A stretch of 64,000 nt of DNA from an uncultured Gemmatimonadaceae bacterium (GCA_963829055.1 CAWHHI010000016.1:416001-480000), one strand, 5' to 3'. Numbered from the stretch's first letter, positions 12,897 through 26,728 are shown. Program-made: numbers and translations. The notes: generated by a model not told the origin, from the letters alone.

Positions 12897-13961
12897 GTGA
12901 CCGGCCCTGCCGCATCCGCACTCGCGACCGCGCTCCAGGCGGCGATCAAGCGCATCGCGTTCGGCGATTCGCTCGACGCGGAGCTGGCGACCGAGGCGTT
13001 CGGTATCATCATGCGCGGCGAGGCGACCGCCGCGCAGATCGCCGCGCTGCTCATCGGCCTTCGCGTGAAGGGCGAGACAGCCGACGAGGTCACCGGGCGC
13101 AGCCCGCGCCCTGCGCGGGGCCATGGTTCGTCTGCCGGTGGCGACGACGGACGATCTCGTCGATACGTGCGGTACCGGTGGCGGCGCCGTGCCGACGTTC
13201 AACATCTCGACCGCAGCGGCGCTGCTCGCGGCCGGCGCCGGCGTTCGGATCGCGAAGCATGGCAATCGGTCGTTCACGACCCAGTGCGGCAGCGCGGACG
13301 TTCTGGAGCAGCTCGGGGTGACGCTCGAGGCGCCGCGTGGAAGTCGCGGCACGCGCGCTCGACGAAGCCGGGCATCACGTTCATGTTCGCGCCCGCGATG
13401 CACCCGGCCATGCGACACGTCGGGCCCAGTCCGTCGTGAGCTTGGGATTCCAACCGTGATGAACATTGTCGGACCGCTGGCGAATCCCGCGGGCGCGGCC
13501 CGCCAGGTCGTCGGCGTGGCCGAGCGGGGCAGGATGCCGCTGCTCGCCGGCGCGCTCGCGGCGCTAGGCGCGGCACACGCGCTCGTCGTGCACGGCGAGC
13601 CCGGGATGGACGAGATCTCGCCGATCGGCCCAACGCACGTCGCCGAGGTGCGCGACGGCGCGGTGACGGAGTGGACGATCGACCCGGCGGACTACGGGTT
13701 CTCCGAGATTCGCGCGTCGCGAGCTGGCGGCGGCAGGTCCGGCGGACAACGCGCGCACGATCATCGATGTGCTGGCAGGGAAAGGGACACGCCGGCAGCG
13801 CAGGGCGGCGGTGGTGCTCAACGCGGCCGGCGCGCTCTACGTCGCGCCGGGAAGTCGCTCGTTCGCCGAGTGCGTCGCCGCGGCGACGCGAGGCGCTCGC
13901 GAGCGGGGCGGGGACGGCGGCGCTCGACCGGATGCGCGCGCGCGCTACATCGACCCGCTGA
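12897..13961 (+). CDS. trpD: anthranilate phosphoribosyltransferase (frameshifted)
   Basis: DTCGTGG, FNIST, AKHGNRS, GSADVLE, GPLANP, VLNAAGAL. Confidence 0.94.
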
Positions 13962-13975
13962 TCGGCAGCGGAGCT

Positions 13976-14587
13976 CTAGTACCGCCGCAGCACGCCGACG
14001 ACGACGCCCTGAATGCTGATGTCGTTCTCGTGGACGTAGATCGGCGCCATGGTCTCGTTCGCCGGCTGCAGGCGAATCCGCCCATCCCGCTCGCGGTAGA
14101 ATTTCTTCACCGTGGCCGAATTCCCGCTGCAGCATCGCGATGACCATCTCGCCGTTGTCGGCTCGCTGACGCTCGTTCACGACGACGAAGTCGCCGTCGC
14201 GGATCTGCTCGTCGATCATCGAGTTTCCGCGCACGCGCAGCACGTAGTGGTTGCCCGTGCGCCGCACGAAATCGTCCGGCACCGCCACGCTCTCGTTCGC
14301 CGTCATCGCCTCGATCGGGATAGCCCGCGGCGACGCATGCCGAGCAGCGGCAGCTCGACCGCGCGCTGGAAAATCTCCGAGGGCAGGATCTCGATCGCGC
14401 GGCTCTCGTTGTAGCTCCGCTTGATGTAGCCCTTTCGCTCGAGGTTGCTCAGGTGCTCGTGCACCGTCGCGAGCGAGTTATAGTTGAAGTGCGACGCGAT
14501 CTCCTCGAAGCTGGGCGCGTAGCCACGCTCCTCGGCGTACGACGACAGGTAGTTCAGGATTTCGCGTTGACGTTTGGTGAGCGGCAT
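13976..14587 (-). CDS. lexA: SOS repressor LexA (one frameshift)
   Basis: LTKRQREIL...[10 protein letters not shown]...LERKGYI wHTH; VRGNSM Ser and ATVKK Lys of the S24 domain. Confidence 0.93.
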
Positions 14588-14624
14588 AGTGGTTCCCCGC
14601 AGGTTGAGCCGACGGCCGCTGTTC

Positions 14625-14669
14625 CCGAACAACAGCCGAAGAGTACGATATCCGAACAAGGGCCCGAAG
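14625..14669. promoter_or_regulatory. candidate LexA operator: two CCGAAC-N5/6-CCGAAG direct-repeat pairs
   Basis: Four CCGAA(C/G) units in the 81-bp lexA/trpC intergenic region. Confidence 0.5.
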
Positions 14670-15498
14670 TGCAAGCAAATCGTTCGTGGACCCCTCCGAT
14701 CGGTCCGCTTGGCCGGCTTTCGGCCGCCGCCGCCGTCCGCGCCGCGGCCCTGGACGCTCGAGACGGTCGGCGAGCTGGAACCGCTGGCGCAGGACGTTCC
14801 CGCCGGCAGCGGCTTCGCGGCTGCGCTCCGCGCGCTGACGTCGCGGTCATCGCCGAGGTGAAGCGTCGGTCGCCGTCCAAGGGCGTGATCAACGCGTCGA
14901 TCGACGCGGCGGCACAGGCCTCGGCGTATGCGCGTGGCGGGGCCGCGGCGCTCTCGATCCTCACCGAGCCAGACGGAATTCGGCGGATCGCGTCAGGACC
15001 TTGCGCGACGCGCGAGCGGCCACGACGCTGCCGACGCTCAAGAAGGACTTTCACGTCCACCCGATGCAGGTGCTCGAAGCCCGCGCGGCCGGCGCGTCGG
15101 CGCTGCTGCTCATCGCGCGCGCGCTTCCGCCGGACGACCTCCGCGACGATGGCCGACCGGGCATCGGAGCTGGGGCTCGAGGTGCTCGTCGAAGTGCGGA
15201 GCGAGGCGGAGCTCGAGGACGCGCTCGCGATCGACGACGCGGTCATCGGCGTGAACAGCCGAGATCTCGAGACGCTCGTCATCGATCCCGCCGTGACGAC
15301 GCGTCTCATCGCGCTGATCCCGCGCCGATCGGATCGCGATCGCGGAGAGCGGCGTGAGCACGCGGCTGGACGTCGAGCGCGTGGCGCAGCGCCGGTGCCG
15401 ACGCCGTGCTCGTCGGCTCGAGCATCTCGGCCTCGCCCGACCCGACGGCGGCCGTCGCGGCACTGACCGGCGTGACGCGGAGACGCCGTGGCGGTTGA
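14669..15498 (+). CDS. trpC: indole-3-glycerol phosphate synthase (frameshifted)
   Basis: IAEVKRRSPSKG, ALSILTE, KKDF, IGVNSRDL, AESG. Confidence 0.92.
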
Positions 15499-16151
15499 GA
15501 TCAAGTTCTGCGGGCTGACGCGCGCAGACGGACGCGGCAGTTCGCCGCGTCGTTAGGCGCCGTCTACGTCGGCGTCATTTTCGCCGAGAGTCCGCGCCGC
15601 GTCGACCCGGGGCACGCGACCGCGGTGCTCGCCCGGCGTCGCGAGAGCGGGCAAGCACCGTCGGCGTGTTCGGTCCGGCGACCGTCGAGACCGATCGCGA
15701 CGATCGCCGCCGAGGCGGCACTCGACGTCGTGCAGCTTCACGGCGACCCGTCGCCGGGCGATCGTGGAGCGCATGCGACCGTTCTTCGGCGGCGAGGTCT
15801 GGGCCGTGGTCCGCATCGCCGGCGCGGAGCTGCCGGACGGACGCCGCGCGCGCTCCTCGCCGTGGCCGACGCCGTCGTGCTCGATGCGAAGGTGGCCGGG
15901 CGCAGCTCGGCGGCACGGGCACGGCGTTCGACTGGGACGGCGATCGCGCGAACACTCGACCGCGCAACGCGTTCGCGCGCGCGTCGTGCTCGCGGGCGGG
16001 TTGAATCCGGAGAACGTCGCACACGCCGTACGCATCGTCGCTCCCGACGTCGTCGATGTATCATCCGGCGTCGAGAGCGCACCCGGAATCAAGGACCACG
16101 CACGGATGCGCGCCTTCCGCGACGCCGTGCGACGACGAGGAGAGACGCTGA

Positions 16152-16159
<8 letters not shown>
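15488..16159 (+). CDS. trpF: phosphoribosylanthranilate isomerase (frameshifted)
   Basis: [33 protein letters not shown]. Confidence 0.9.
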
Positions 16160-17382
<1,223 letters not shown>

Positions 17383-17386
<4 letters not shown>

Positions 17387-19099
17387 CGCTTTCTTCCGTT
17401 CCGACTCCCGCCCAGGAGTCGGGTCGGCCCGAACCGCCGTTTTCGAGCACTCTCGTCGAGGAGATGCTCAAGAGTTCTCGTGAAGGCGGCCCGGGCCCAC
17501 CAGCTCTATCTGCACAACAATCCCACGTACCTGCGCGCGCTCGATATCGCCCGCGCGGCGTTCGCGCCCATCTGGGAAGTGACGGACGAGCTGGTGTTCG
17601 ACGTCACCGAGACGGAACTCCGGTGGCACGGCGAGGCGGTGCTGCGACGAGCCGGAGAAGGCGACCGACAACATCCCGTGGATGATGTACAAGGACGGGA
17701 TTCGCGAGCTGCGCCTGCTCAAGGAGTTCGAGCGCGACGAGCTCGTCCCGCTGCTCGACATCCTCCAGCGCGTCGCGCAAGGTCTCGCCGGAAGAGGACG
17801 ACCTGCTGACGATGCTCTGGGAGCAGGAGTTCTCGTATCTCCGCTATCGCTACATCGATCTCTCGACCGATCAGGCCGCGCCGATCGACAAGGCGGGGTT
17901 CCGCGGTGGCGAGGCCGGCGCGCAGGCGACTCCAGGAATCCGCGCCGCCGATCGACTCGACGGTCGTCGTCCGTCGTCAACCTCGAGGACTTCGACTCCA
18001 CGCTGTACTTCCTCGAGGAGAGCGAGGTCGAGTACCTCCGCGAAGAGGTGCGCAAGGAGTACGAGATCGACATGCGACGAAACGTCGTCGCGATGCTGCT
18101 CGACACGTACGAGACGCAGGGCGATCGCGGCGTGCGCGAGGAGATCGCCGGCGCTGCTCGACACGCTGATGCTGCACATTCTCTCGTCGGGCGAGTTCAA
18201 GACCGCGGCGTTCCTGCTCCGCGAGACCGCGCAGACGTGCCGAGCGCGCGCCGGGGATCACGCCGGAGCAGAAGGAGCAGCTGCTCCGCATTCGCGAATC
18301 GGCTCGAGCGAGCCCGAGGTGCTCGCGCAGCTCCTGCAGTCGCTCGACGAGGCGTCGCAGCTGCCCGACCAGGAGGACCTGAACGAGCTGTTCGACCAGT
18401 TGCGCGTCAGCGCGCTCGCGACGGTGTTCTCGTGGCTCACGAAGGCGCAGACGCCGCGGCTTCGCGTGCTGCTCGAGAACGCGGCGGCGCGCCTCGCCAT
18501 GGCGAACACCGCGGAGCTCGTGCGGCTCATCGGCTCGAGCGACCGCGACGTCGCGCGCGAGGCGATCCGCCGCGCCGGCGCCGTCACGCGCGACGGCCGC
18601 GGTCGCCGCGCTGGCGAAGCTGACGACCGATCCCGACGTGCAGATGCGCCTCGCCGGCGGTGCAGGCGTTAGGCGAGATCGCGTCGCCCGGCGCGCTGCA
18701 GTTTCTCGAGCGGACCATCGACGACGCGCATCGCGACGTCCGGGTCGCGACCGCGCGCGCGATCGCGGCGCGCGCGCATCGCCCGGCGCTGGCCGAAGAT
18801 CGAGGCCGCCATCAAGGGCAAGCTCGCCAGCGACGCCGACCTCACGGAGAAGATGGCGTTCTTCGAGGCATTCGGGACGCTCTGCGGCGACGGCGGCGTC
18901 AAGCTGCTCGACGGCATGCTCAACGCGCGCGGGCTGTTCGGCAAGAAGGAGGACCCGGAGCTGCGCGCCTGCGCCGCCATGGCGTTAGGCCGCAGTCGGC
19001 AGCGAAGCGGCCATCGCGACGCTGCGGCGCGCCGCCAACGAGAAGGAGGTGCTCGTCCGGAACGCCGTGAACCGCGCGCTGCGCGGAGGCACGGCATGA
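17383..19099 (+). CDS. HEAT-repeat protein (frameshifted)
   Basis: Helical repeats (VQALGEI, DVRVATARAI, LRACAAMALG, VRNAVNRAL) at the C-terminus. Confidence 0.7.
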
Positions 19100-20593
19100 C
19101 CGCGGTCCCGGACCGTACGCCGCTCGATCGCAGCACCGCGAACGCCTCGTCGAGCGACATCGGCTGGCGACCCGTACATCCGCCGCGATGGGCCGGTCGT
19201 TCATCATCGCGCTGCACGGCGCCACGCGCGCGATCCGCCTGTACCCGGTCGAGAACGAGGCGGTCAAGAAGGCGCTCGACGACCTGACCGCCGTCACGAC
19301 GGAGATCCTCACGCGCGAAGGCGAGTTCGAGCTGCGCGTCACGAGCGAGTTCATCTTCATCAACCAGACGCGACTCCGACTCGACCTCGACAACTACGCG
19401 AGCTTCACGCAGATCCTGTCGCTGTTCCGCGCGGCGGGCGTCGGCGTCGCGCGCGTGCATGCCCGGCGTCACGCCGCGCGATTGGCTCGTCTTCCTCTCG
19501 CTGCTGCAGGCGCCGTCGTCGGGCGAGGCGGAGGATCGCTTCGTCGACGTGATGGAGCGGCTCGCAGGCCGGCGGCGTGACGCTGATCGAGGTCGGCCCG
19601 CCGTCCGGCGTCGACGAGGACGGCGACTTCCGCGAGCGCGCGAAGGAAGCGGCGAAGCGCACGTACAGCCAGTCGGTCGCCGCCACGAAGGACGTCATCA
19701 ACTCGGTCCGCATGGGCCGAGGCGCGAACCTCAAGAAGATCAAGCGCGTGGTGCAGGGCATCGTCGACCAGATCCTCAACGAGGAGACGTCGCTGCTCGG
19801 CCTGACGACGATTCGCGACTACGACGAGTACACGTTCACGCACAGCGTGAACGTCTGCATCTTCTCCGTCGCGCTCGGCCGGCGACTCGGGCTTCGGCAA
19901 GCGCCAGCTGTACGATCTCGGGCTCGCGGCGCTGTTCCACGACATCGGCAAGTCGCGCGTGCCGCTCGAGGTGCTCAACAAGGTCGAGCAGCTGACCGAC
20001 AACGACTGGCGCTTCATCGCCGCGCATCCGTGGCTGGGGCTCCTCACGCTCTTCCAGCTGCGCGGGCAGCAGGAGCTGCCGTATCGCGCGATGACGGTCG
20101 CGTACGAGCACCACATGAAGTGCGATCTCACGGGCTATCCGAAGAACGTCCGGCCGCGCACGCTGAGCATCTTCAGCAAGATCGTCGCGGTCGCCGACGG
20201 CTTCGACGCCGCGACGTCGCGGCGCGTCGTACCAGACCGATGCCGCTGTCGCCGGCCGCGGTGCTCGCCGGAGATGCGCGACAACCCGCGGCGCGGCTTC
20301 GACTCCGTCGTCGTGAAGGCGTTCATCAACCTGCTCGGGATCTATCCGGTCGGCACGCTCGTGGTGCTCGATACGTTCGAGCTCGGCGATCGTGCACTCG
20401 GCGAATCCGAACCCCGAGGCCGTGTCGCGACCGATCGTGCGCATCGTCAGCGACGAGCACGGCAACGTCGCGTACCCGGGGCGCAACGTCGATCTGGCCG
20501 AGCAGAACGCGGACGGCGCGTATCGTCCGCACGATCATCAAGACCGAGAATCCCGACCGTTATGGCATCAACGTCGGCGACTACTTCGTCTGA
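19096..20593 (+). CDS. HD-GYP domain phosphodiesterase (frameshifted)
   Basis: [34 protein letters not shown] motifs. Confidence 0.85.
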
Positions 20594-21374
20594 CGCGCTG
20601 ACCCAGCGCTTCGCGCGCGCTGCGCGAGCAGGGCGCCGCGCGCTCGTCTGCTACGTCACCGCCGGCCATCCCGACCCGGCGCGATCCGTCGCGCTCCTCC
20701 GCGGCATCGAGGCCGCCGGCGCGGACGTCATCGAGCTCGGCGTCCCGTTCTCCGATCCGATGGCCGACGGCCCGATCATCCAGGCGAGCTCGCAGCACGC
20801 GCTCGAGCACGGGCATGACGCTCGCGCGGCACGCTCGATCTGATCGCGCGAGCGCGCGCTCGCGCACGCCGGTCGTGCTGTTCACGCTATCTCAATCCGC
20901 TCCTCGCCGCCGGCACCGGACGTGCTGGATCGCGCGGCGGCCGCCGGGCGCGCACGGCGTGCTGGTCACCGATCTGCCGGTCGGCGCTGATCCCGTGCGC
21001 GAGGCAGTGGTTCGGCAACGGGCCGCTCGGCGTTCGTCCGCCTCGTCGCGCCGACGACGCCGCTCGCGCGCATGCGCGAGATCGCGGCGCACGGCAGCGG
21101 CTTCGTCTATCTCATCAGCCGGCGCGGCGTGACCGGGGCTCAGGACCGACGTGCCGGCGGAGCTGCCGGCGACGATCGCGCGCCTGCGCGCAGGCGACGA
21201 CGCTGCCGGTGTGCGTCGGCTTCGGCATCTCGACCGCCGAGCAGGCGCAGGCGGTCGGCCGCGCTCGCCGACGGCATCGTCGTCGGCAGCGCGATCGTGC
21301 AGGCGGCCGGCACGTCGGTGGACGCCGCGATCGATCTCGTGTCCACGCTCCGTCGCGCGCTGGACGAGATCTGA
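20562..21374 (+). CDS. trpA: tryptophan synthase alpha chain (frameshifted)
   Basis: [50 protein letters not shown]. Confidence 0.94.
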
Positions 21375-21430
21375 GCATGCGACGCGGCTCATCGACTCGT
21401 ACGCGTCCGACGCTCGCGACGGGCACTCGG

Positions 21431-23539
21431 ATGAATCGCTTCCTCTCGCTGTACGCGCGGCTCGTCGCGAGCCTCGGCACGGTGCTGCTGCTCGTGGCGC
21501 TCGTCGTCGACCCGCGGTGGATCGCGCGGCCGCTCGCGGTCGCGGCGATGATCGGCGTCGTCGCTCCTGCTGCGCACGTTCCAGATCCCGCTCACCAAGT
21601 ACTCGGCGCTCAACCTCCTCGGCATGGTGGCCGCGGGCGGTGCGGTCATCATCGGCGCGCCCGCGACCGCGTTAGGCCTGTACCTCGGCGTCTTCGTCGC
21701 CGACTGGTGGCTGCTGCGGAAAGCACCGCGCGGCGAGCGCGATCAACGCGGGCCGCGAGGCGCTCGCGCTGTTCGCGGCGTTCGGGTTCTACGCCTGGTT
21801 CGTCGGCGCTGAACGGCGGCGACGGACGTCGGCCGCATCACGACGGACATCGGTCCCTGCCGTCGCGCTGCTGCTCGCCGCGCACTTCCTGTTCAGCCGC
21901 GGGCTGCTCTACTGCACGCTGCTCATTCGCGACAAGCTGTTCGCCGACGAGCGGTCACTGATCCTGCGCTACGAGGTCATTGCGTTCGGCGCCGGCACGA
22001 TCGCGGTGCTCGTCGTCGCTCGTCACGATCGCCAGCGTCGGCTGGACCGGCTGGGTGGTCGTCGCGTTCGTGCTCGTCTTCGCCGGGCTGCTGCTCAAGC
22101 GCATCCTCGAGGAGGCCGTCGCGGCCGAGGAGCTGAACAAGATCCACGCGATGGAGCAGGTCGTGTCGTCGGACGCGAACCTCGCCGAGTCGCTGCACGC
22201 AGATCGAGCGCCTCGCGAACCGACTCGTCGACTGGAACGGCTTCCGCATCTGGCGACTGAGCAACGGGTCGCTTCGGCTCATCTACCAGGCGGGTGAAGG
22301 GCTGCTCGCCGAGCCGCGAGAGAACGGCGTGTTCGGCGGCCGGCTCCGCGACACGGCGATGAGCACCGGCGAGTCCACTCGTGATCGTCCGACGCCGCGC
22401 GCGACGCACGCGCCGAGGGCATCGGATCCGTCCGCCGTGAGTCTGGCGGTCGTTCCGCTGCGGTTCGGCGATCGCGCGATCGGGCTCGTCGAGCTCGATC
22501 ATCACAAGCGCGGCACGTACGGCGCCAAGGAGATCACGCTCGTCGCGCGCTTCGCGAACCAGCTCGCGACGGCGCTGCACATTCAGGATCTGCGACAGCC
22601 ACTGCTCGCGGCGCTCACTCGCGTCGAGACGCAGCTCGACACGCTCAACGACTCCGCGCGCGCACTGCGCGGCGGTGCCGAAGTCGTCGCCCGGAACACC
22701 GCGGAGATCACGCGCGGCATCGGCGAGGAGAGCGAGCAGGCGGACCGGAGCCTCGACGTCGCGCGCTCGTTCCACGACAAGACGTCCACGATCGTGCGCG
22801 ACGGCGGCGACGCGGCCAGCGCGAGCGAGCGCGCCACGCGCATCGCGACCGAGCATCGCGACACGATCGGCATGGCCATCGAGCGTCTCGTGAACGCGAA
22901 GCGGTTCGTCGGCGAGAGCGCGACGCAGATCGGCGGTCTCTCCAAGAGCACGCGGCGCATCACGGACTTCATCGCCGTGATCAAGGAGCTGGCCGACCAG
23001 ACCAACCTGCTCGCGCTGAACGCGGCGATCGAGGCTGCACGTGCTGGCGAGCAGGGGCAGGGCTTCGCCGTCGTGGCCAACGAGGTCCGAAAGCTCGCGG
23101 AGCAGAGCGCGCGCGCGTCGGAGGACGCCGGCGACATCGTGACCGGGTTCGAGGATCAGATGCGACAGGTCGCGTCGCAGGTCGGTCGCGGCCAGACGAT
23201 GATGAGCGACGTCGAGTCGCTCTCGGAATCGGCGCGCACCGCGCTCGACGAGATCGTCGAAGCGACCGCGCGCGCAGTCTGACGTGGGGCCAGCGCATCG
23301 CGGACACGTCGCGCGTGCAGGAGTCGGAGGTCGGGCGTCTCAGCGAGCGCGTCGCGCGCATCGCGGAGATCTCGCGCCGCAATCGTGAAGGGGCGGAGAA
23401 CGTCACGCGATCGGCGGCCGATCAGGCGCGAGCGCTCCGCGAGCTCGAAGGCGCTGCGCACGAGCTCCGCGAGGTCGCGGCGTCCCTGAGCGATCTTACG
23501 CGCCGAATCGCGCGCGTCGCGTCGCATTCGGCGAACTGA
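21431..23539 (+). CDS. multi-TM, GAF-containing methyl-accepting chemotaxis protein (frameshifted)
   Basis: Hydrophobic N-terminus, GAF-like segment, MCP signature [35 protein letters not shown]. Confidence 0.88.
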
Positions 23540-23565
23540 TCCGCGGCTCGACGCGTCCGGATGAA

Positions 23566-23595
23566 TTGACACCGCTCGGCGGCGCTTTCTACGTT
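23566..23595 (+). promoter_or_regulatory. sigma70-like promoter for folK (TTGACA-18-TACGTT)
   Basis: Perfect -35, -10-like hexamer 7 nt before the GTG start. Confidence 0.5.
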
Positions 23596-23602
23596 CCGCG
23601 CC

Positions 23603-24034
23603 GTGAGCGAGATCGCGTACATCGCGCTCGGATCGAACCTGGGCGATCGTCACGCGTATCTGGCGCGCGCGCGAGACGCCATCGCCGCCATTCCGGAGTG
23701 TCGCGTGATCGCTGCGTCCGCAGGTCGAGGAGACGGCGCCACTCGGCGGCCTCACGCAACCGCGCCTATCTCGAATCAGATGCTCGCCGTCGAAACGACG
23801 CTCGAACCCGCCACCCTGCTCGCGCGGCTGCAGCGATCGAGGCCGATGCGGGCCGCGATCGCTCGGACCGCTGGGACGTCGCGAACTCTCGATCTGGACA
23901 TCGTGCTCTTCGACGATCGCGTCGTGAGCACCGCGGACCTGATCGTTCCACATCCCGGCCTCGCGCATCGCGCGTTCTGGCAGCGCGAGCTCGCCGAGCT
24001 GCGAGCAGGCGATGGGATCGGCGACGCGCAATGA
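23603..24034 (+). CDS. folK: HPPK (frameshifted)
   Basis: AYIALGSNLG, RTLDLDIVLF, VPHP, RAF. Confidence 0.92.
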   Translation: MSEIAYIALGSNLGDRHAYLARARDAIAAIPECRVIAASAGRGDGATRRPHATAPISNQMLAVETTLEPATLLARLQRSRPMRAAIARTAGTSRTLDLDIVLFDDRVVSTADLIVPHPGLAHRAFWQRELAELRAGDGIGDAQ

Positions 24035-24855
24035 GTAGCGGAGGCGCGCGACGGTCCGCGCATCACGGTGCGCGAGGTGCTGGCGAAGAAGCAGCGCGGC
24101 GAGCGACTCGTTATGGTCGTCGGCGTACGACGCGCTGTTCGCGCGACTCTCCGAGGAGGGAGGCGCCGATCTCATTCTCGTCGGCGACTCGACTGGCCAA
24201 CGTCATTCTCGGGCTCGATTCGACGGTGCCGGTCACGCTGGAGCAGATGATCCACCACGGCGCGGCCGTGCGCCGCGGCGCGACGCGCGCGCTGGTCGTC
24301 GTCGACATGCCGTTCATGAGCTATCAGGTCAGCACCGAGGACGCGCTGCGCAACGCCGGCCGGATCATGAAGGAAACGAACGCGCACGCGGTGAAGGTCG
24401 AAGGTGGAGAGACGACGATCGCGGCGACGGTTCACGCGATGACGCGGGCGGGAATCCCTGTGATGGGACACATTGGCTTCACGCCGCAGTCGGTGAACAC
24501 ACTCGGCGGGTTTCGCGTGCAGGGCCGTGGCCCAGGAGACCAGGAGCGGCTGGTCGAGGAAGCGCGTCACGATCGAAGCCGCGGGCGCGTTCTCTGTCGT
24601 GCTGGAGCTCGTGCCCACGGCGGTCGCGAAGGCGGTCACGGCGGCCGTCCAGATTCCGACGATCGGGATCGGCGCCGGTGTCGAGTGCGATGGCCAGGTG
24701 CTCGTGCTCCACGACTGCTCGGTCTCAACGATCGATTCCGGCCGAAGTTTCTGCGACGGTATGCGGAGCTTCGCGGCGACGTGCGCTCCGCGGTGACGCG
24801 ATTCGCGGACGACGTCCGCGCCGGTCGCTATCCGGACTCCGAGCACAGCTTCTGA
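24031..24855 (+). CDS. panB: 3-methyl-2-oxobutanoate hydroxymethyltransferase (frameshifted)
   Basis: [39 protein letters not shown]. Confidence 0.94.
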   Translation: MSSGGARRSAHHGARGAGEEAARRATRYGRRRTTRCSRDSPRREAPISFSSATRLANVILGLDSTVPVTLEQMIHHGAAVRRGATRALVVVDMPFMSYQVSTEDALRNAGRIMKETNAHAVKVEGGETTIAATVHAMTRAGIPVMGHIGFTPQSVNTLGGFRVQGRGPGDQERLVEEARHDRSRGRVLCRAGARAHGGREGGHGGRPDSDDRDRRRCRVRWPGARAPRLLGLNDRFRPKFLRRYAELRGDVRSAVTRFADDVRAGRYPDSEHSF

Positions 24856-24858
24856 CTC

Positions 24859-25713
24859 GTGGAGCAGATCGAGCACTATCGCCAGGCGTCCGCGCGGCGG
24901 TCGCGGCGGCGCGCGCGCGCGGCGAGCGCATCGGATTCGTGCCGACAATGGGGTTTCTGCACGAGGGCCATCTGCGACTCGTCGACGAAGCGAAACGGCG
25001 CGCGGGTTGCGTGGTGATGAGCCTCTTCGTCAACCCGACGCAGTTCGGCCCGAACGAGGACTTCTCGCGCTACCCTCGGGACCTGAGCGGCGACATGGCG
25101 AAGGCCGAAGGTCGAGGCGTCGACCTGTTGTTCGTGCCGGACGTCGCCGAGATGTATCCGACGCCGCCCGCACTCCACGTGATGGCCGATGACTTGCCGA
25201 CGCGATGGGAAGGCGAGGTTCGGCCCGGCCACTTCGGCGGCGTGCTGACGGTCGTGGCAAAGCTGTTCAACATCGTCGCGCCGGACGTCGCGATATTCGG
25301 ACGAAAGGATTTCCAGCAGGCGACTCTCATTCGGCGCATGGTGCGCGAGCTGAACTTCCCGATCGAGTCGTCGTCGCGCCGACGGTGCGCGAGCACGACG
25401 GCCTCGCGCTGTCGAGCCGCAACACCTATCTCGACGCATCGGCGCGCGCGAGCGCGTCTGGCGCTGGTCGAGAGCCTACGCGCGGCGCGAGCGCGCGTTC
25501 GCGGCCGGCGAGCGCGACGGTGAGCGGCTGACCGCGATCGGCCGCGAGTCGCTCGCCACGCATCCCGAGGTCGGCGTCGATTACTTCGCGGTCGTCGATC
25601 CGACCGAGATGCAACCAGTCGAGAAAGCGACGAGCGACAGCGTCGCCATCGTCGCGGCGCGCGTCGGTCCGACGCGTCTCATCGACAACATGATCCTCGG
25701 CGAAGGGACATGA
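24859..25713 (+). CDS. panC: pantoate--beta-alanine ligase (frameshifted)
   Basis: [47 protein letters not shown]. Confidence 0.95.
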
Positions 25714-26284
25714 GTGGCGATCATGTCGCCGCCGACGGTCACGGCCTCGGAGCATCGGGCTGCCGGCATGGGCGCAGGTCACGGAGAAGCGGCGCGCGCA
25801 CATTGCGCGCGTCACCGCCTGCTGGATCAGTGGGCCGGCATCGCTCGGCCTTGCCGCCGGACGAGCGGCAGGCGTGGCACGACGTCGGCGTGCTTCACGA
25901 CGCGCTTCGCGACGCCGCGGAGGAGGAGCTCCGGCGTCTGACGGGTGACACGCGATCGCCCAATGCACATCCTGCACGGGCCCGCTGTGGCCGAGCGCCT
26001 CGACGCGGGAAGGGGAGGCGCGGCCGGACGTGCTCGAGGCGATCCGCTGGCACACGTTAGGCAGCGCACACTGGGCGCGCACCGGGAAGGCGCTCTACAT
26101 GGCCGACTTTCTCGAGCCCGGCCGTCCGTTCTCGCGCGCTGACCGCGCGTTTCTCGCCGCGCACGTGACGACCGACTTCGACGGCGTGTTCCGGCAGGTG
26201 GTGCGGACGCGCATCGAATGGACGGTGCGGGAAGGGAAGATGCTGTTTCCCGAAACCGCCGATCTCTGGAACACCGTCCGATGA
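25710..26284 (+). CDS. HD-domain hydrolase, YqeK-like (frameshifted)
   Basis: LHDA, ILHG, IRWHT, YMADFLEPGR motifs. Confidence 0.7.
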
Positions 26285-26728
26285 AGCCACGCGCTCGATG
26301 GTTGATCGCCGCGCATCATCGTGCTCGCGGCCGGTGGTGGCGTCGCCGCCGTTGCCTGGCGTCGCCCGCTCCCGGTTCGTTCGACACGCGCTCGGTCGTC
26401 TCGTCACTCCAAGGCGCACGGCGCCGCGCGAACACGCGCGTGCGCGTCGAGATCATCAACGCGACGCGGACACGCGGCCTCGCTCGTCGCGCGACCCGTT
26501 TGCTGCGGGACCGCGGGTTCGACGTGGTGACGTTCGGGAACAGCGACACGACGCAGGACTCGACGGTCGTGCTCGACCGCACGAATCACGCGGAGTGGGC
26601 GCAGGCTGGTCGGCAAGGCGTTAGGCGGGGCGCGCGTCGAGGCGCGCCCGGACACGTCACGCTACGTGGACGTCACCGTGGTGCTCGGCGCCGCGTGGCG
26701 GCCGCCGCCGCAGCCGTTCAGCCCGTAG
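26281..26728 (+). CDS. LytR C-terminal domain protein (frameshifted)
   Basis: VRVEIINAT...GLARR...LRDRGFDVVTFGN...DVTVVLG. Confidence 0.75.

Noticed and set aside
11127..13439. Apparent fusion ORFs (770-aa GAF-TrpD; also TruA-Tal 10096-11070 and Psd-PssA 4691-6172)
   Set aside because: Produced by indels joining neighbouring genes; each component has its own start and stop.
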